64,000 nucleotides of DNA from an uncultured Acidobacteriota bacterium. GTDB lineage: Bacteria > Acidobacteriota > Terriglobia > Acidiferrales > UBA7541. The position numbers and the translations under genes were made by a program. The stretch spans positions 162,860 to 226,859 of the forward strand of contig CAVSOB010000010.1 in assembly GCA_963729525.1 (NCBI GenBank). The letters are read 5' to 3'. Below are positions 1 to 10,260 of this stretch, piece by piece. Every line of letters begins with the position of its first letter. Within the stretch, counting starts at the first letter, position 1. The notes under the pieces were generated by a model, which saw nothing but the letters and a program-made list of their open reading frames with translations, ran no database searches and was not told where the DNA came from.

Positions 1-2388
1 ATCGCGATGGAACTGCTCGAAGGCCAAACGCTGAAGCATCGAATTGGGGAGAAGCCGCTTGCATTCGACCAAGTGCTCGACCTCGGAATCCAGATTGCCG
101 ATGCGCTCGACGCCGCGCATGCAAAAGGCATCGTTCATCGCGACATCAAGCCCGCCAATATTTTTGTCACCAGACGCGGCCAAGCCAAGGTGCTCGATTT
201 TGGCCTGGCCAAACTCGCTCCCGAGCGCGTGGGTATCGGTGCTAGTTCTTCTGCAATGCCCACGATCGCAGCCGAAGCACTCCTCACCAGCCCGGGAACT
301 GCGGTCGGGACGGTTGCCTACATGTCGCCCGAGCAGGTGCGCGGTGAAGAACTCGACGCGCGCTCGGACCTCTTCAGCTTCGGTACAGTGCTCTACGAAA
401 TGGCCACTGGGCGGCAGGCTTTCACCGGCAACACCTCGGGTGTGATCACCGAAGCCATCCTCAACCGCTCGCCCGCACCTCCCACGCGCGTGAATCCCGA
501 TCTGCCGGGAGAATTCGAAATCATTCTCGCGAAGGCGCTCGAAAAAGATCGCGAAATGCGTTGCCAGACGGCCGCGGAGCTGCGCGCCGATTTGAAGCGT
601 CTGAAACGGCAATCGGAATCCGGCCGCTCCGGAAGCGGTTCCGGTTTCTCATCTTCAGCTGTGCAAGTGTCGCCGTCAGCATCGTCAGCACCCGCATCGA
701 TCGGCGCCCCTAAGCGTGCCTGGACGATAGCGGCCATCGCAGCCGCTGCAGCTCTCGCCGCCGGGCTTGCCGGAGGACTTTTCCTCGCGAAGCGCCAAGC
801 TCCCTCATCTCAACCGGCCTATCACCAGGTCACCTTCCGCCGAGGCACTGTCTATTCCGCCCGCTTTGGCCCCGATGGCCAGACAATCTATTTCAGCGCC
901 GCGTGGGACGGAAATCCCGTCGACATTTATTCCACGCGTGCCGGCAGTCCCGAGTACGCCTCTCTGGGAAATTCCGGATCCCGGGTCATGGGAGTCTCTT
1001 CGACCGGTGAGATGGCTGTACTGCTTCACAGCCGCTCCGGAGTCTTTTCGCAGTTCGGCACTCTGGCGCGGATGCCACTCGCGGGCGGAGCACCCCGCGA
1101 AATCCTCGATCAGGTAAATTGGGCCGACTGGTCTCCGGACGGTTCCAATCTCACAATCGTTCGCGCGCAAGCCGGCTTTTATCAGCTCGAATACCCGATC
1201 GGCAAAGTGCTGTACAAAACTCCCGGCTGGATCGGCGACCCGCGAATTTCTGCCAAGGGCGACCGCATCGCGTTTATCGACCATCCCATTCCACAGGACG
1301 ATGGCGGCACGATCAATGTGATCGATCTGAAGGGAACGGTGACGAAACTAACCGACACATTCATCAGCGCCGATGGGCTCGTGTGGTCGCCGCGCGGCGA
1401 TGAAATCTGGTTCACGGCCACATACGAGGGCCTTTCCCGGGCGATCTTTGCCGTGGATCTCTCGGCGCACAGTCGCTTGCTCGCACGCGTCCCCGGCACG
1501 CTTACAATCTTCGACGTGGCCCGCGATGGCCGCGTCTTGCTCATTCGCGATGCCAATCGGCAGGAGGTAAAGGCCTTCATCAACGGTGATATGCGCGGTC
1601 GGGAACTCTCCTGGTTCGATTTCTCCCTCCCTGCCGGAATTAGCGACGACGGAAAAACCCTTCTGTTTGCGGAAGTCGGGGAGGCGGGCGGAGCTACCTA
1701 CAGCATTTACATTCGCGGCACGGACGGCTCACCCGCCATTCGCCTAGGTGAAGGAAATCCTCAGGCTCTCTCTCCGGACGGCGCATGGGTTCTGGCTTTG
1801 ACTCACAAGACGCCCGCTCAATTGTTTCTCCTTCCCACCAAGGCAGGCGAGCCTCGTAATGCCACAAACGATTCGATCAATCATGTTGCTGGCGGCTTCA
1901 CTCCCGACGGGAAACAGATTGTCTTCGCCGGAAACGAGCCGAACAAGGGCGTTCGCCTCTACATCCAGGATCTCGTAGGCGGCAAACCAAGAGCCATCAG
2001 CCCGGAAGGAGGCGGACTTCCGGTGATCTTCGTCTCTCCGGACGGAAAATTTGTCCAGGGAGTGGATGCGGAAGGCCGACGTATTCTCTATCCTGTTGAG
2101 GGAGGCGACCCGCACCCGATTCCCGGTATTCAACCCGGCGAGTCCTTGGTTGGCTTCTCAGCTGACTCCAAATCGGTTTTCGTCCACAATTTTGCCGGAT
2201 TGCCCAGCATCGTCGTCCGCGTGGACCTCGGCACGGGCAAACGCACGGAATGGAAACAGCTTGCTCCTGCGGACGCCGCGGGCGTGGACGCCATTGGTGG
2301 CATCGGCATCACCCCCGACGGAAAGTCCTACGTCTATGCTTATCCACGAACTCTTTCGGATTTGTATGTTGTGGAAGGATTGAAGTGA
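1..2388 (+). CDS. Ser/Thr protein kinase (5' end lies outside the window) fused to a TolB-like beta-propeller region
   Basis: The frame is open from nt 1. Kinase subdomains are present: [25 protein letters not shown] segment ([21 protein letters not shown]) follows, then repeated SPDG/TPDG beta-propeller motifs typical of the TolB/WD40-like periplasmic domain. Confidence 0.85.
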   Translation: MAMELLEGQTLKHRIGEKPLAFDQVLDLGIQIADALDAAHAKGIVHRDIKPANIFVTRRGQAKVLDFGLAKLAPERVGIGASSSAMPTIAAEALLTSPGTAVGTVAYMSPEQVRGEELDARSDLFSFGTVLYEMATGRQAFTGNTSGVITEAILNRSPAPPTRVNPDLPGEFEIILAKALEKDREMRCQTAAELRADLKRLKRQSESGRSGSGSGFSSSAVQVSPSASSAPASIGAPKRAWTIAAIAAAAALAAGLAGGLFLAKRQAPSSQPAYHQVTFRRGTVYSARFGPDGQTIYFSAAWDGNPVDIYSTRAGSPEYASLGNSGSRVMGVSSTGEMAVLLHSRSGVFSQFGTLARMPLAGGAPREILDQVNWADWSPDGSNLTIVRAQAGFYQLEYPIGKVLYKTPGWIGDPRISAKGDRIAFIDHPIPQDDGGTINVIDLKGTVTKLTDTFISADGLVWSPRGDEIWFTATYEGLSRAIFAVDLSAHSRLLARVPGTLTIFDVARDGRVLLIRDANRQEVKAFINGDMRGRELSWFDFSLPAGISDDGKTLLFAEVGEAGGATYSIYIRGTDGSPAIRLGEGNPQALSPDGAWVLALTHKTPAQLFLLPTKAGEPRNATNDSINHVAGGFTPDGKQIVFAGNEPNKGVRLYIQDLVGGKPRAISPEGGGLPVIFVSPDGKFVQGVDAEGRRILYPVEGGDPHPIPGIQPGESLVGFSADSKSVFVHNFAGLPSIVVRVDLGTGKRTEWKQLAPADAAGVDAIGGIGITPDGKSYVYAYPRTLSDLYVVEGLK

Positions 2389-2404
2389 CAATTCGCCCAG
2401 GATT

Positions 2405-2437
2405 GTCATCCTGAGGAGCAACGCGACGAAGGATCTC
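2405..2437 (+). repeat. Dispersed intergenic repeat, copy 1 (GTCATCCTGAG...GAAGGATCTC family, longer centre)
   Basis: gtcatcctgaggagcaacgcgacgaaggatctc sits between the convergent 3' ends of the kinase gene and efp. It shares both arms, GTCATCCTGA and GAAGGATCTC, with the other copies. Confidence 0.8.
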
Positions 2438-2445
2438 CCCTCAGC

Positions 2446-3012
2446 TCATTGCACGCGCTGAATGTAGCGGGCCTCCGATGTATCGACCTTCACCTTATCG
2501 CCGGTTCCCACAAACGGCGGCACGTTGATTACAAGCCCAGTTTCGAGTTTCGCCGGTTTCATCACGGAGCTGGCGGTCGCCTTCTGAATGCTGGGCTCAG
2601 TTTCAACCACGGTGAGATCCACCGTATCCGGAATCAGCACGCCGATGGGCTTCTCGTCGTAATACTCGATTTTCACGGGCATATTCGCGATCAAATAATC
2701 CTTCGTATCGCCCACGATGTCGTTCTGCAGCGACAGTTGCTCGTAGTTTTCCGTGTTCATGAAGTGGTGGCCATCGCCGTCGCTATAGAGGTATTGGAAT
2801 TCGATCTCATCCACGATCACTTTTTCGACGAATTCCTCAGCGCGGAACCGGTAGTCGGTCATCGACCCCGTGCGTAGGTTGCGCATCTTCGTCTGCATGG
2901 CAGCGCGCTTGTTGCCGGGCGTGCGGTGATCCACGCTGTATACGTGATATAGGTCGCCCTCGTGCTGGATGATCATGCCTGCGCGCAGTTGGGTGGCTTT
3001 TAAGGCGCTCAT
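2446..3012 (-). CDS. efp: Elongation factor P
   Basis: 188-aa product, MSALKATQLRAGMIIQHEGDLYHVYSVDHRTPGNKRAAMQTKMRNLRTG..., is a full-length EF-P-like sequence. I chose the ATG at 3012 rather than the ORF-track upstream extension. Confidence 0.95.
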   Translation of the reverse strand: MSALKATQLRAGMIIQHEGDLYHVYSVDHRTPGNKRAAMQTKMRNLRTGSMTDYRFRAEEFVEKVIVDEIEFQYLYSDGDGHHFMNTENYEQLSLQNDIVGDTKDYLIANMPVKIEYYDEKPIGVLIPDTVDLTVVETEPSIQKATASSVMKPAKLETGLVINVPPFVGTGDKVKVDTSEARYIQRVQ

Positions 3013-3269
3013 CGGATACTCCTGAATTCGCTGGGTGTTTCCTGCAGAGTCGCAAGCAGTGGCGCCTGCCAAGCAAGAAATTCACGCTATGACGAAACAC
3101 CAATTATAGCGGCCCTTCGCGCATCGGGTCAAACATCTAGAAAACGTTTTAGGCCATAAAAATCGCAGGAATCCAACGCTTGCGGCTCGCGTCAAACGAC
3201 ATAGCGGCCTGGCGTGAGCGGAATTTCAGCCCGGCAAGTTCGCTCGACTCGAACGAGGCATCAATAACC

Positions 3270-3926
3270 ATGGCTCGCAGAAAGCACCTGAACTCAATCC
3301 TGGCAATCGCGCTCGCACTGGCGTCCTACGGCTTCCTGAAAAATGTCGCACATCGCGCTGCTGCCTCCGCGATTCCCAACGCTCGAACCGAAGTCTCGCG
3401 CCTCGCCGAAGAGATGCAATGGAAGCCGGGCATGACGATCGCGGATATCGGCGCCGGAGACGGAAGCTACAGTTTCGCCGCTGAGAAAATCGTAGGCGCA
3501 TCGGGCCACGTCTACGCCACGGAGATTGACGCCACCAAGCTAGCCGCGCTTCGCGACGAAGTTGCCAAGCAAAAACTAGCCAATGTCACGATCGTGGAAA
3601 GCGCAGCCGACGACACCAAGCTCCCCACCGGCAGCTGCGACGCGATTTTTCTACGCCGCGTCTATCACCACATCACCGCGCCCGAAGCCTTCGACAAAAA
3701 TCTCCTGCGCTCGCTGAAGCCCGGCGCGCGCCTCGCCATCATCGACTTCGCGCCGGACAGCAGCCTGCCTCCAGTCGAAGGGGTACCCGCAAATCGCGGC
3801 GGCCACGGCATCCCGAAGAAAATCATGGTCGACGAATTAACCGGGGCAGGATTTCGCATAGAGAAAACAATCGATCACTGGTCAGGCAACGACTACTGCG
3901 TAATTTTCAAGAAACCCGTCGAATAA
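3270..3926 (+). CDS. Class I SAM-dependent methyltransferase with N-terminal membrane anchor or signal
   Basis: Motif I IADIGAGDGSYS, plus IFLRRVYHH and ARLAIIDF. A hydrophobic N-terminus follows the ATG at 3270 (MARRKHLNSILAIALALASYGFL). The upstream TTG extension has no support. Confidence 0.8.
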   Translation: MARRKHLNSILAIALALASYGFLKNVAHRAAASAIPNARTEVSRLAEEMQWKPGMTIADIGAGDGSYSFAAEKIVGASGHVYATEIDATKLAALRDEVAKQKLANVTIVESAADDTKLPTGSCDAIFLRRVYHHITAPEAFDKNLLRSLKPGARLAIIDFAPDSSLPPVEGVPANRGGHGIPKKIMVDELTGAGFRIEKTIDHWSGNDYCVIFKKPVE

Positions 3927-3942
3927 CTCGCGAAGGCGACGG

Positions 3943-5307
3943 TTACGGCAGCGTCTGCGGATGCTCGCGGCCTTCCGCCATCACTTTTTCCACTTCATCC
4001 GCATTCCGCGGCAGCTTCTCCGTCATCACGCGGTGACCGTCCGCTGTAACGAGCACATCATCCTCAATCCGCACGCCTAGGTTTTCGTCGCGAATGTAGA
4101 TGCCGGGCTCGATCGTAATTGTCATCCCCGCCTTCAGCGGCTGCCGAAAATCCGTCGGATCGTGAACGTTCAACCCCAAGCCGTGCCCAAGCCCATGCAT
4201 AAAATATTTCCCGAGCGGCTTGCCGTCCTTATCCTTGCCGTGCGTGTTGATGTAATCAGCCGCGATGGTATGCAAGCTACCCGGGCCGCCGTACATAGAC
4301 ACACCCGGCTTCACGGCCGCAATCGCCGCATTCTGCGCCCCAAGCACGACGTCGTAAATTTCGCGCTGCCTCGCCGTAAATTTTCCGCTCGCCGGCAGCG
4401 TGCGCGTGATATCGGCGTCGTAGCCGCCATACTCGCCGGCCACGTCAATCACCACCACGTCGCCATCCTTGATCTGATTATCGAGAGCGTCGTAGTGCAG
4501 CACAGTGGAGAAAAATCCCGCGCCCACGATGGGCGAATACGCTTCGCGCGAGCACCCTTCCCATTTGTGAATTTCTTCCATCTTCGCGGCCACTTGATAC
4601 TCCATCAGCCCCGGCTTCATCATTTTCATCGCCGCGAATTGCGCATCCACTGAAGCATCCACCGCCTTTTGCAGCAGCTCGAGCTCTCCCGCCGATTTCA
4701 CCATCCGCATTGCCGTCAGAGTCGGTTGCAGGTCTTCGATTTCCGACTGCGGCGGCAGCGCATCCTTCAACCACTCATGCCAGGTGTGAAGCTGCGGGTA
4801 GCCGTTCTCCAGACCTTTCGGCAACAGCGCATAAAATTTTGGATTCGTCTTTGCCAGCGCAGCCAAATCGCCGCGCAGTTCCGCAAACGGCCTAACTGCT
4901 TGAAACCCCGTCTTCTCCGCAACTCCCGGATCGTTCGGCCCCAAATTCGCGACGCTCCAAATTGCCTCGCGCGGATCCCGCGGCGGCAGATACAAAATTT
5001 CTGTCGGTCGGCTGGAGGATTTCGCTGCTGCCGAGTCCGGAATTAGAACGAGCGCCGCATCCGGTTCGTTGTAGCCAGTAAGGTAGTAGAAATCTTCATC
5101 CTGGAAAAACACCGCCACTTCGCCCGCATCATTCCGGCTCGTATAACCAAAAAGCACCACGGGGCCATCCACTTCGCTGCGCAATTTCGCCCGCCGCCCC
5201 TGATACTCCGCGGCCGGCTGCGGAAACCGCGCCTGCACCAGCACAGCCACAAACGACAATGCCAGCGCCGAGAGCATGCCGCGAAGCACGAGCATCCGAA
5301 ATCTCAT
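3943..5307 (-). CDS. pepP: Xaa-Pro aminopeptidase (M24B family), secreted
   Basis: AMP_N-like N-terminal half. Metal ligand motifs DVVVIDVAGEYGGYDADITRT, HGLGHGLGLNVHD and IEPGIY..IRIEDDV. Signal-peptide-like start. Confidence 0.85.
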   Translation of the reverse strand: MRFRMLVLRGMLSALALSFVAVLVQARFPQPAAEYQGRRAKLRSEVDGPVVLFGYTSRNDAGEVAVFFQDEDFYYLTGYNEPDAALVLIPDSAAAKSSSRPTEILYLPPRDPREAIWSVANLGPNDPGVAEKTGFQAVRPFAELRGDLAALAKTNPKFYALLPKGLENGYPQLHTWHEWLKDALPPQSEIEDLQPTLTAMRMVKSAGELELLQKAVDASVDAQFAAMKMMKPGLMEYQVAAKMEEIHKWEGCSREAYSPIVGAGFFSTVLHYDALDNQIKDGDVVVIDVAGEYGGYDADITRTLPASGKFTARQREIYDVVLGAQNAAIAAVKPGVSMYGGPGSLHTIAADYINTHGKDKDGKPLGKYFMHGLGHGLGLNVHDPTDFRQPLKAGMTITIEPGIYIRDENLGVRIEDDVLVTADGHRVMTEKLPRNADEVEKVMAEGREHPQTLP

Positions 5308-5397
5308 ACAAGTTCCTCCGATGCTAGTAGACGAGCCGCGACGATAAAAGGGGTAGGCTAAATTCGCTAGTGGGTTCGCGCTCTAACTCTCATGCGT

Positions 5398-5424
5398 GTC
5401 ATCCTGAACGAAGTGAAGGATCTC
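5398..5424 (+). repeat. Dispersed intergenic repeat, copy 2
   Basis: gtcatcctgaacgaagtgaaggatctc, located just downstream of the 3' end of the GT2 gene. Confidence 0.8.
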
Positions 5425-5455
5425 AGCGTTAAATTCCATCCTGAGCCCCGCGAAC

Positions 5456-7102
5456 CTAAAATCCCGGCGCCCCCGTCGAAGCCGGCCGCACTTCGCCAGC
5501 CTCCACGCCAAACCGCCACCGGTCAATATATGTCTGCCCGAGCGACATCAACCCCGTATACAAATACCCCCAGACAAACAGCAGCAGAAACGGAACCGTA
5601 GCGTAATTTTCCATCTCGATCGCATACACCACCGCCGCCGCAAAATAGAGACCGAGAAAAACTTCGGCCCACGGCATCCATCCCGCCTTCTTCCGATACT
5701 TTTTTTTCGCCCACGCATCCGAGCCGTGCGCGCCCGCTTCCACGCGATACTTCGGCGTGCGCACGAATTCCGATTTCACTCCGAAAATCGCTTCCAGCAC
5801 ATCCACCGCATTACGCACGGAAAGTCCGATGCCCACGGCCATGATGAACGGCAAATAAAGAAACGTCCGCTTCCACGTCTTCGGGAAAATCGCCCGCTCC
5901 GCCGCCAGATAAAATGACGAAATCGAGCAAGTCGACGCGATAAACAGCGGCAGGTCGATCACCAGCACCTGAAACCACCCCTGATAAAAACGCACAATCA
6001 TCGCCGGCAGCAAAATCATCGAGAGCAGCACCATCAGCGGATAGCTGATGTTGGCGGTCAGATGAAAGAACGCCTCCGCCTTCACCGCGCCTGAAGCATT
6101 CGATCGCATCACGCGCGGCATGATTTTCTTCGCCGTCTGCATCAGGCCCTTCGCCCAGCGCGCTTGCTGGGATTTGAACGCATTCATCTCCACCGGCAAT
6201 TCCGATGGACACTCGATGTCCGGCAAATAAATAAACTGCCAGCCGCGAAGCTGCGCGCGATAAGAAAGGTCGGTATCCTCCGTCAACGTGTCGTGCTGCC
6301 ACCCGCCCGCATCGTCAATCGCCACGCGCCGCCAGATGCCGGCCGTGCCATTGAAATTGAAGAACAGCCCGGTGCGAAAGCGCGCCGAATGCTCGATAAC
6401 GAAATGCCCGTCGAGCAGCACCGCTTCCACTTCCGTAAGCTTCGAATAGTTTCGGTTGATGTAGCTCCAGCGCGTCTGCACCATTGCCAGCTTTTCGTCG
6501 GCAAAATACGGCACCGTGTTGCGCAGAAAGTCCGCTGGCGGAATGAAATCCGCATCGAAAATGGCGACATGCTCGCCGCGCGCCACCTTTAACCCCTCCT
6601 GCAGGGCACCAGCTTTGAATCCCTCGCGGTTGTCGCGATGAATGTAGGAAATCGGCAGGCCCAGCTGCTGATAACGTTCCACGCAATTGCGCGCCACTTC
6701 CTGCGTCTCGTCGGTTGAATCGTCGAGCACCTGAATATCCAGCAGCTCGCGCGGATAATCGAACTGCGCCACCGCGTCCACCAGCCGCTCGATCACGTAG
6801 CGTTCGTTGTAAATCGGCAGCTGCACTGTGACCCGCGGCCACTCGCTGACTTCCGGCGGAGGCGGCGCAATTCGTTTGCGATTCTTGAAAAAGTAATAGA
6901 CGAGGACGTAGCGATGGATTCCGTACATCGCCAAAATCACCATCACCACGAAGTACGGCGCCATCACCGCCAGATCGAACGAATTCAGCTGGTAAAGCCC
7001 TTTGAACGGGTTCGACAGCGGATCGGTATTCCGACGCCAATAATCCGACACAGGATTCGCGATGGGCGCGAACCAACTCGCAATCGTGTACACCAACGTC
7101 AA
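5456..7102 (-). CDS. Processive family-2 glycosyltransferase (cellulose/hyaluronan-synthase-like membrane GT2)
   Basis: Motifs VLDDSTDET, FDADF, TEDTDLS and QQARWAKG (QxxRW) lie between N- and C-terminal TM helices. Confidence 0.85.
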   Translation of the reverse strand: MTLVYTIASWFAPIANPVSDYWRRNTDPLSNPFKGLYQLNSFDLAVMAPYFVVMVILAMYGIHRYVLVYYFFKNRKRIAPPPPEVSEWPRVTVQLPIYNERYVIERLVDAVAQFDYPRELLDIQVLDDSTDETQEVARNCVERYQQLGLPISYIHRDNREGFKAGALQEGLKVARGEHVAIFDADFIPPADFLRNTVPYFADEKLAMVQTRWSYINRNYSKLTEVEAVLLDGHFVIEHSARFRTGLFFNFNGTAGIWRRVAIDDAGGWQHDTLTEDTDLSYRAQLRGWQFIYLPDIECPSELPVEMNAFKSQQARWAKGLMQTAKKIMPRVMRSNASGAVKAEAFFHLTANISYPLMVLLSMILLPAMIVRFYQGWFQVLVIDLPLFIASTCSISSFYLAAERAIFPKTWKRTFLYLPFIMAVGIGLSVRNAVDVLEAIFGVKSEFVRTPKYRVEAGAHGSDAWAKKKYRKKAGWMPWAEVFLGLYFAAAVVYAIEMENYATVPFLLLFVWGYLYTGLMSLGQTYIDRWRFGVEAGEVRPASTGAPGF

Positions 7103-7295
7103 GCTGCACCTGCTTCTAAAGGGATGATTATCTGATCTGCTTGGTTAATTTGAGCTGCCTCGCGACGCACCCCGCAACAAATATGCGAAAGAGGCCTTAG
7201 CCCCTGAAGCCCCCAAATCGAAATCCTCGCGAATACCCATCCCTAAACGATTGATCATGCTGCGTTTCCCGGGAGGGACGGGCGAGCAATTCCAA

Positions 7296-7323
7296 TTTAT
7301 ACGACGAGGCGAAACCCTGTCAA
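7296..7323 (-). promoter_or_regulatory. Candidate sigma70-type promoter for the GT2 gene
   Basis: On the minus strand: TTGACA (7323-7318), a 16-nt spacer, then TATAAA (7301-7296). It lies about 190 nt upstream of the GT2 start. Confidence 0.45.
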
Positions 7324-7361
7324 CGAATCGTTAAGCGGAGCCAGCCGCCGCCTCCGTCGTT

Positions 7362-7492
7362 GCCCTTTCGTACCGCTGGCTTCCAGCCGGCGCCTTTGAT
7401 TCCGCTGTCGCCATTTCCGCTGTAGCGCGGGCATCCTGCCGGCTCTTTTGACTCTGTCGCAGCCGTTTCGTACCGCTGGCTTCCGTCCGGCG
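7362..7492. repeat. Cluster of three REP-like GC-rich units
   Basis: Units at 7362-7392 and 7462-7492 match at 28 of 31 positions (gccNtttcgtaccgctggcttccNNccggcg), exactly 100 bp apart. A related unit lies at 7410-7443 (gccatttccgctgtagcgcgggcatcctgccggc). Each contains a short hairpin (GCTGG-ctt-CCAGC; GGCA-tcc-TGCC). Confidence 0.6.
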
Positions 7493-7513
7493 ACTCAAGG
7501 TAGCACGAGAGCC

Positions 7514-8269
7514 TTATTCGGATTCCTCGCTGCCAGATCGGCAACCTGGTAAATGTCCGAGTTGTGCCTGCGTTGGCTGGCCGGCCCGCAGTTCGATCAC
7601 CAAGCGAGCGTTGTCGGAGCGAATCCCGACCGGCCCGTCGAAGGCAAGCGCATCGGGCCCTACTGAGCCTTCCCACACGAGCGAGTTGTCGGCGTAAACC
7701 TTCATCTCGGAGCCGTTCATTTCCGCGCGAAGTATATGCGTCGCTCCGGCACGCAAAACGGGAATCGGAAAGCTGCGGCGTGGCTTAATATTCCGGTATC
7801 CGTGGTTACCGCACTCAGCGCTGGTATGCTGGCCAGAGTTGCTTTTGACGGACACAACAAGCTTCGATTCCGGCTCCATGCGCCACATCGCATAAACCAG
7901 GTTGCAAGCGTCTTGCGCCCGTAACTTGAGGCCGAACTGGCGGCGCACTTCTCCAGACCCTAGGCGCGTCTCATCCGCTGTTGAGCCGAGATAGATGAAA
8001 TGTGCCTCGACAAGTTGTGGTGTGAAAGCGTTTACGTACGCGCGCATCTTCGGGACACTCACGGATAGCCGGCCCCCAGGCAGTTCCTCAATCGTTCCTT
8101 CCGTAACACAAAGATTCGGGCGCGAAACAGGCATTAGCTTGCTTGCTGAAGGGTTTGAGGTTGCGCTGATGCTCAACGCACCCAGGAACAGGAAAGCCCT
8201 CGTGTAGAGATACCGTCGTACTGGCATCCGGTGAATCAGGGGCATGCTACTCTTGTGACTTGACATCAT
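7514..8269 (-). CDS. Hypothetical secreted protein
   Basis: Long ORF with a signal-like segment (MPVRRYLYTRAFLFLGALSISA). I recognise no motif. The true start may be the internal ATG at 8227, because the ATG at 8269 overlaps the divergent DedA start codon by 2 nt. Confidence 0.55.
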   Translation of the reverse strand: MMSSHKSSMPLIHRMPVRRYLYTRAFLFLGALSISATSNPSASKLMPVSRPNLCVTEGTIEELPGGRLSVSVPKMRAYVNAFTPQLVEAHFIYLGSTADETRLGSGEVRRQFGLKLRAQDACNLVYAMWRMEPESKLVVSVKSNSGQHTSAECGNHGYRNIKPRRSFPIPVLRAGATHILRAEMNGSEMKVYADNSLVWEGSVGPDALAFDGPVGIRSDNARLVIELRAGQPTQAQLGHLPGCRSGSEESE

Positions 8270-9242
8270 GAATGACCTCCTTGCCCTAGTTAGCCGCCAC
8301 GGTTACATCATCATTTTTCTCATTGTTTTGGCGGAAGCCCTCGGAATTCCGGTGCCGGCTGCACTGGCGCTGGTCACAGGCGGAGCCGCTGTGGCATCGG
8401 GTGTCCTAAGCGCGCCGGCGGCAGCGCTTACCGCCGTGACGGCGATGCTGGTCGGAGACTCGCTGCTCTACGTACTTGGAAACCGCATGGGATGGAGGTT
8501 GTTGGGTTTTCTCTGCCGAGTCTCCATGGACCCCGAAACGTGTATCCTGCGAGCTGCGGAGTCGTTCTTCAAGCGCGGCCGGGCGACGCTCATGTTCGCT
8601 AAGTTCATCCCAGGATTTAATTCGATGGCCCCTCCTCTCGCCGGAAGTATGAAAATGCCATTCATGCAGTTTCTGGGACTAGACTTCCTCGGCGCCACCG
8701 CCTATGCGCTCGTATATGGCGGGATTGGATTTATCTTCCGCGATTTCGTCGCGACCATCGCGCACGGGTTTCAAGCGGCGGCGCACGCAGTCGAGGTCGC
8801 GGTAATCGTCGCCGCGATTGCATTCACCGCTTATCGTGTCTTCCTGTATTGGAAGCACCGGGTTTATCGCATCGTTCCACGGATACAGGTCGCCGAACTG
8901 GCGGCGAAGCTGAAGACTCAATATCCAGAAAAGATTCTGCTGGCCGATGTGCGCAGCCACGGCTACTACGATCCTGGTGCCCGCCGCATTCGAGGGTCGA
9001 TTCGACTGGAGCCGAACAATCTCACAGAAGAAGTCAAAACTCTTCCCAAGGCTAAAGACATCTACCTGTACTGCACTTGACCGCGCGAAGAGACGAGCGC
9101 CCGTGTGGCGTTCTTGCTGCGAGAGCAAGGATTCAACACGTTTGTCATCGTTGGCGGCTTGGTGGCTTGGCGCAAAGCCGGGAATCCGTTGGAGCCGGTG
9201 CCCGAGACCGACCTGGTGCATCTCCCCACCTTCAGCCGATAG
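8268..9242 (+). CDS. DedA-family membrane protein fused to a rhodanese domain; candidate selenoprotein with in-frame TGA (Sec) at 9078-9080
   Basis: The ORF track stops at 9080 after ...KDIYLYCT. The same frame continues as PREETSARVAFLLREQGFNTFVIVGGLVAWRKAGNPLEPV... to a TAG at 9240-9242, which is the missing C-terminal half of the rhodanese fold. The TGA lies in the active-site loop (C-T-U-P-R-E-E). Confidence 0.6.
9084..9121 (+). promoter_or_regulatory. Candidate bacterial SECIS hairpin
   Basis: Upper stem GAGCGCC (9095-9101) pairs with GGCGTTC (9107-9113): 7 bp including one G.U. Apical loop is CGUGU, with G at loop position 2. Lower helix CGCG (9084-9087) pairs with UGCG (9118-9121). 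The loop starts 21 nt after the UGA. Confidence 0.45.
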
Positions 9243-9335
9243 TCATTACGACTGTTACGGCGGTTAAAGCTGACTCGACTGCTTGTGCGATGCGATTGAT
9301 TTCATTTCGTCAGGAACAATCGCGGGGCTTCGCGG

Positions 9336-10061
9336 TCAGGCGTCCATTTGTTGGGCCAGGTCGACTATGGTCGAGGAGACCACGTCAAAATCTCCCGGCT
9401 TCGCTTTATCGGGGACGCCTACGGGACCGTTGCCGTATTCATCAGGGCGATAGATGAATCCTGTGCGGAGACCTTGGCTGCGGGCAGCCTGCAAATCGTA
9501 GACGTGCGCAGCGCACATCATCACCTCCTCGGGCTTCAGGTCGAGATAGTCGTAAGCCGAGACGTATACTTCGCGGTCTGGCTTGTAATGCCGCACCAGT
9601 TCGGCGCCGAGGATGGCGTCCCATTGGAAGCCGCGCAATCTGGCCAGGTGAGTCATCAGGGCGATATTGCCGTTGGAAAGCGGCGCGATCAGGTACTTCT
9701 TTTTTATTCGCGCGAGGCCCTCGACGGAATCGGGCCAAGGTTTGAGCCGGCGCCAGACGTGAGTCCAGAAAACTTTTTCTTCTTCGGTGAGCCCTTCAAT
9801 TTTGAATTCATCGAGGAGTTCTTCGAGGATCACGCGGTGCAAATCGTCGAGCCTAGTCCAGGGGATTTCGCCTTTGCGTACTTTGTCCATCGCCGGTTTG
9901 TAGCCGAGGCGCCAACGATCGGCGAAGGCGACCCAGTCGAGGCGGAGGTTTTTGGCCTTGCCCCAGCCCACGCCCTCGGCGATTACCGAGCCGCGCCAAT
10001 CCACAACCGTGCCAAATATATCGAAGACGAGTGCTTTCACGCTGGCTAGTTCGGGTTTCAT
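9336..10061 (-). CDS. Haloacid dehalogenase type II / HAD-superfamily hydrolase
   Basis: 241-aa product from the ATG at 10061, MKPELASVKALVFDIFGTVVDW (DxxGT motif), plus SNGN and a C-terminal HAD core. The upstream 151-aa extension in the ORF track is a P/S/T/R low-complexity shadow. Confidence 0.85.
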   Translation of the reverse strand: MKPELASVKALVFDIFGTVVDWRGSVIAEGVGWGKAKNLRLDWVAFADRWRLGYKPAMDKVRKGEIPWTRLDDLHRVILEELLDEFKIEGLTEEEKVFWTHVWRRLKPWPDSVEGLARIKKKYLIAPLSNGNIALMTHLARLRGFQWDAILGAELVRHYKPDREVYVSAYDYLDLKPEEVMMCAAHVYDLQAARSQGLRTGFIYRPDEYGNGPVGVPDKAKPGDFDVVSSTIVDLAQQMDA

Positions 10062-10260
10062 TTGCAGTGGTTCTCTGCGGGTAGCTACGCTACTGGAAGG
10101 CGATCCTAAAGGCAAAAGCAAAAGAGTTCGATGCACGCGGAGGAGCAGGGAGGCGACGGCGCGGACTACGACGATGTCGGCACCGCTCATGCGAAGAACG
10201 AGCTGGCGCCCGACGAGATGATTTTCATTTGGCCCGTGAGTGTTCGTGATTGAACCAAGA

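Noticed and set aside
7103-7295. Possible riboswitch (for example c-di-GMP) in the ~190-nt leader of the GT2 gene
   Set aside because: I could not recognise any known riboswitch consensus by eye. It needs an Infernal/Rfam scan before any claim.
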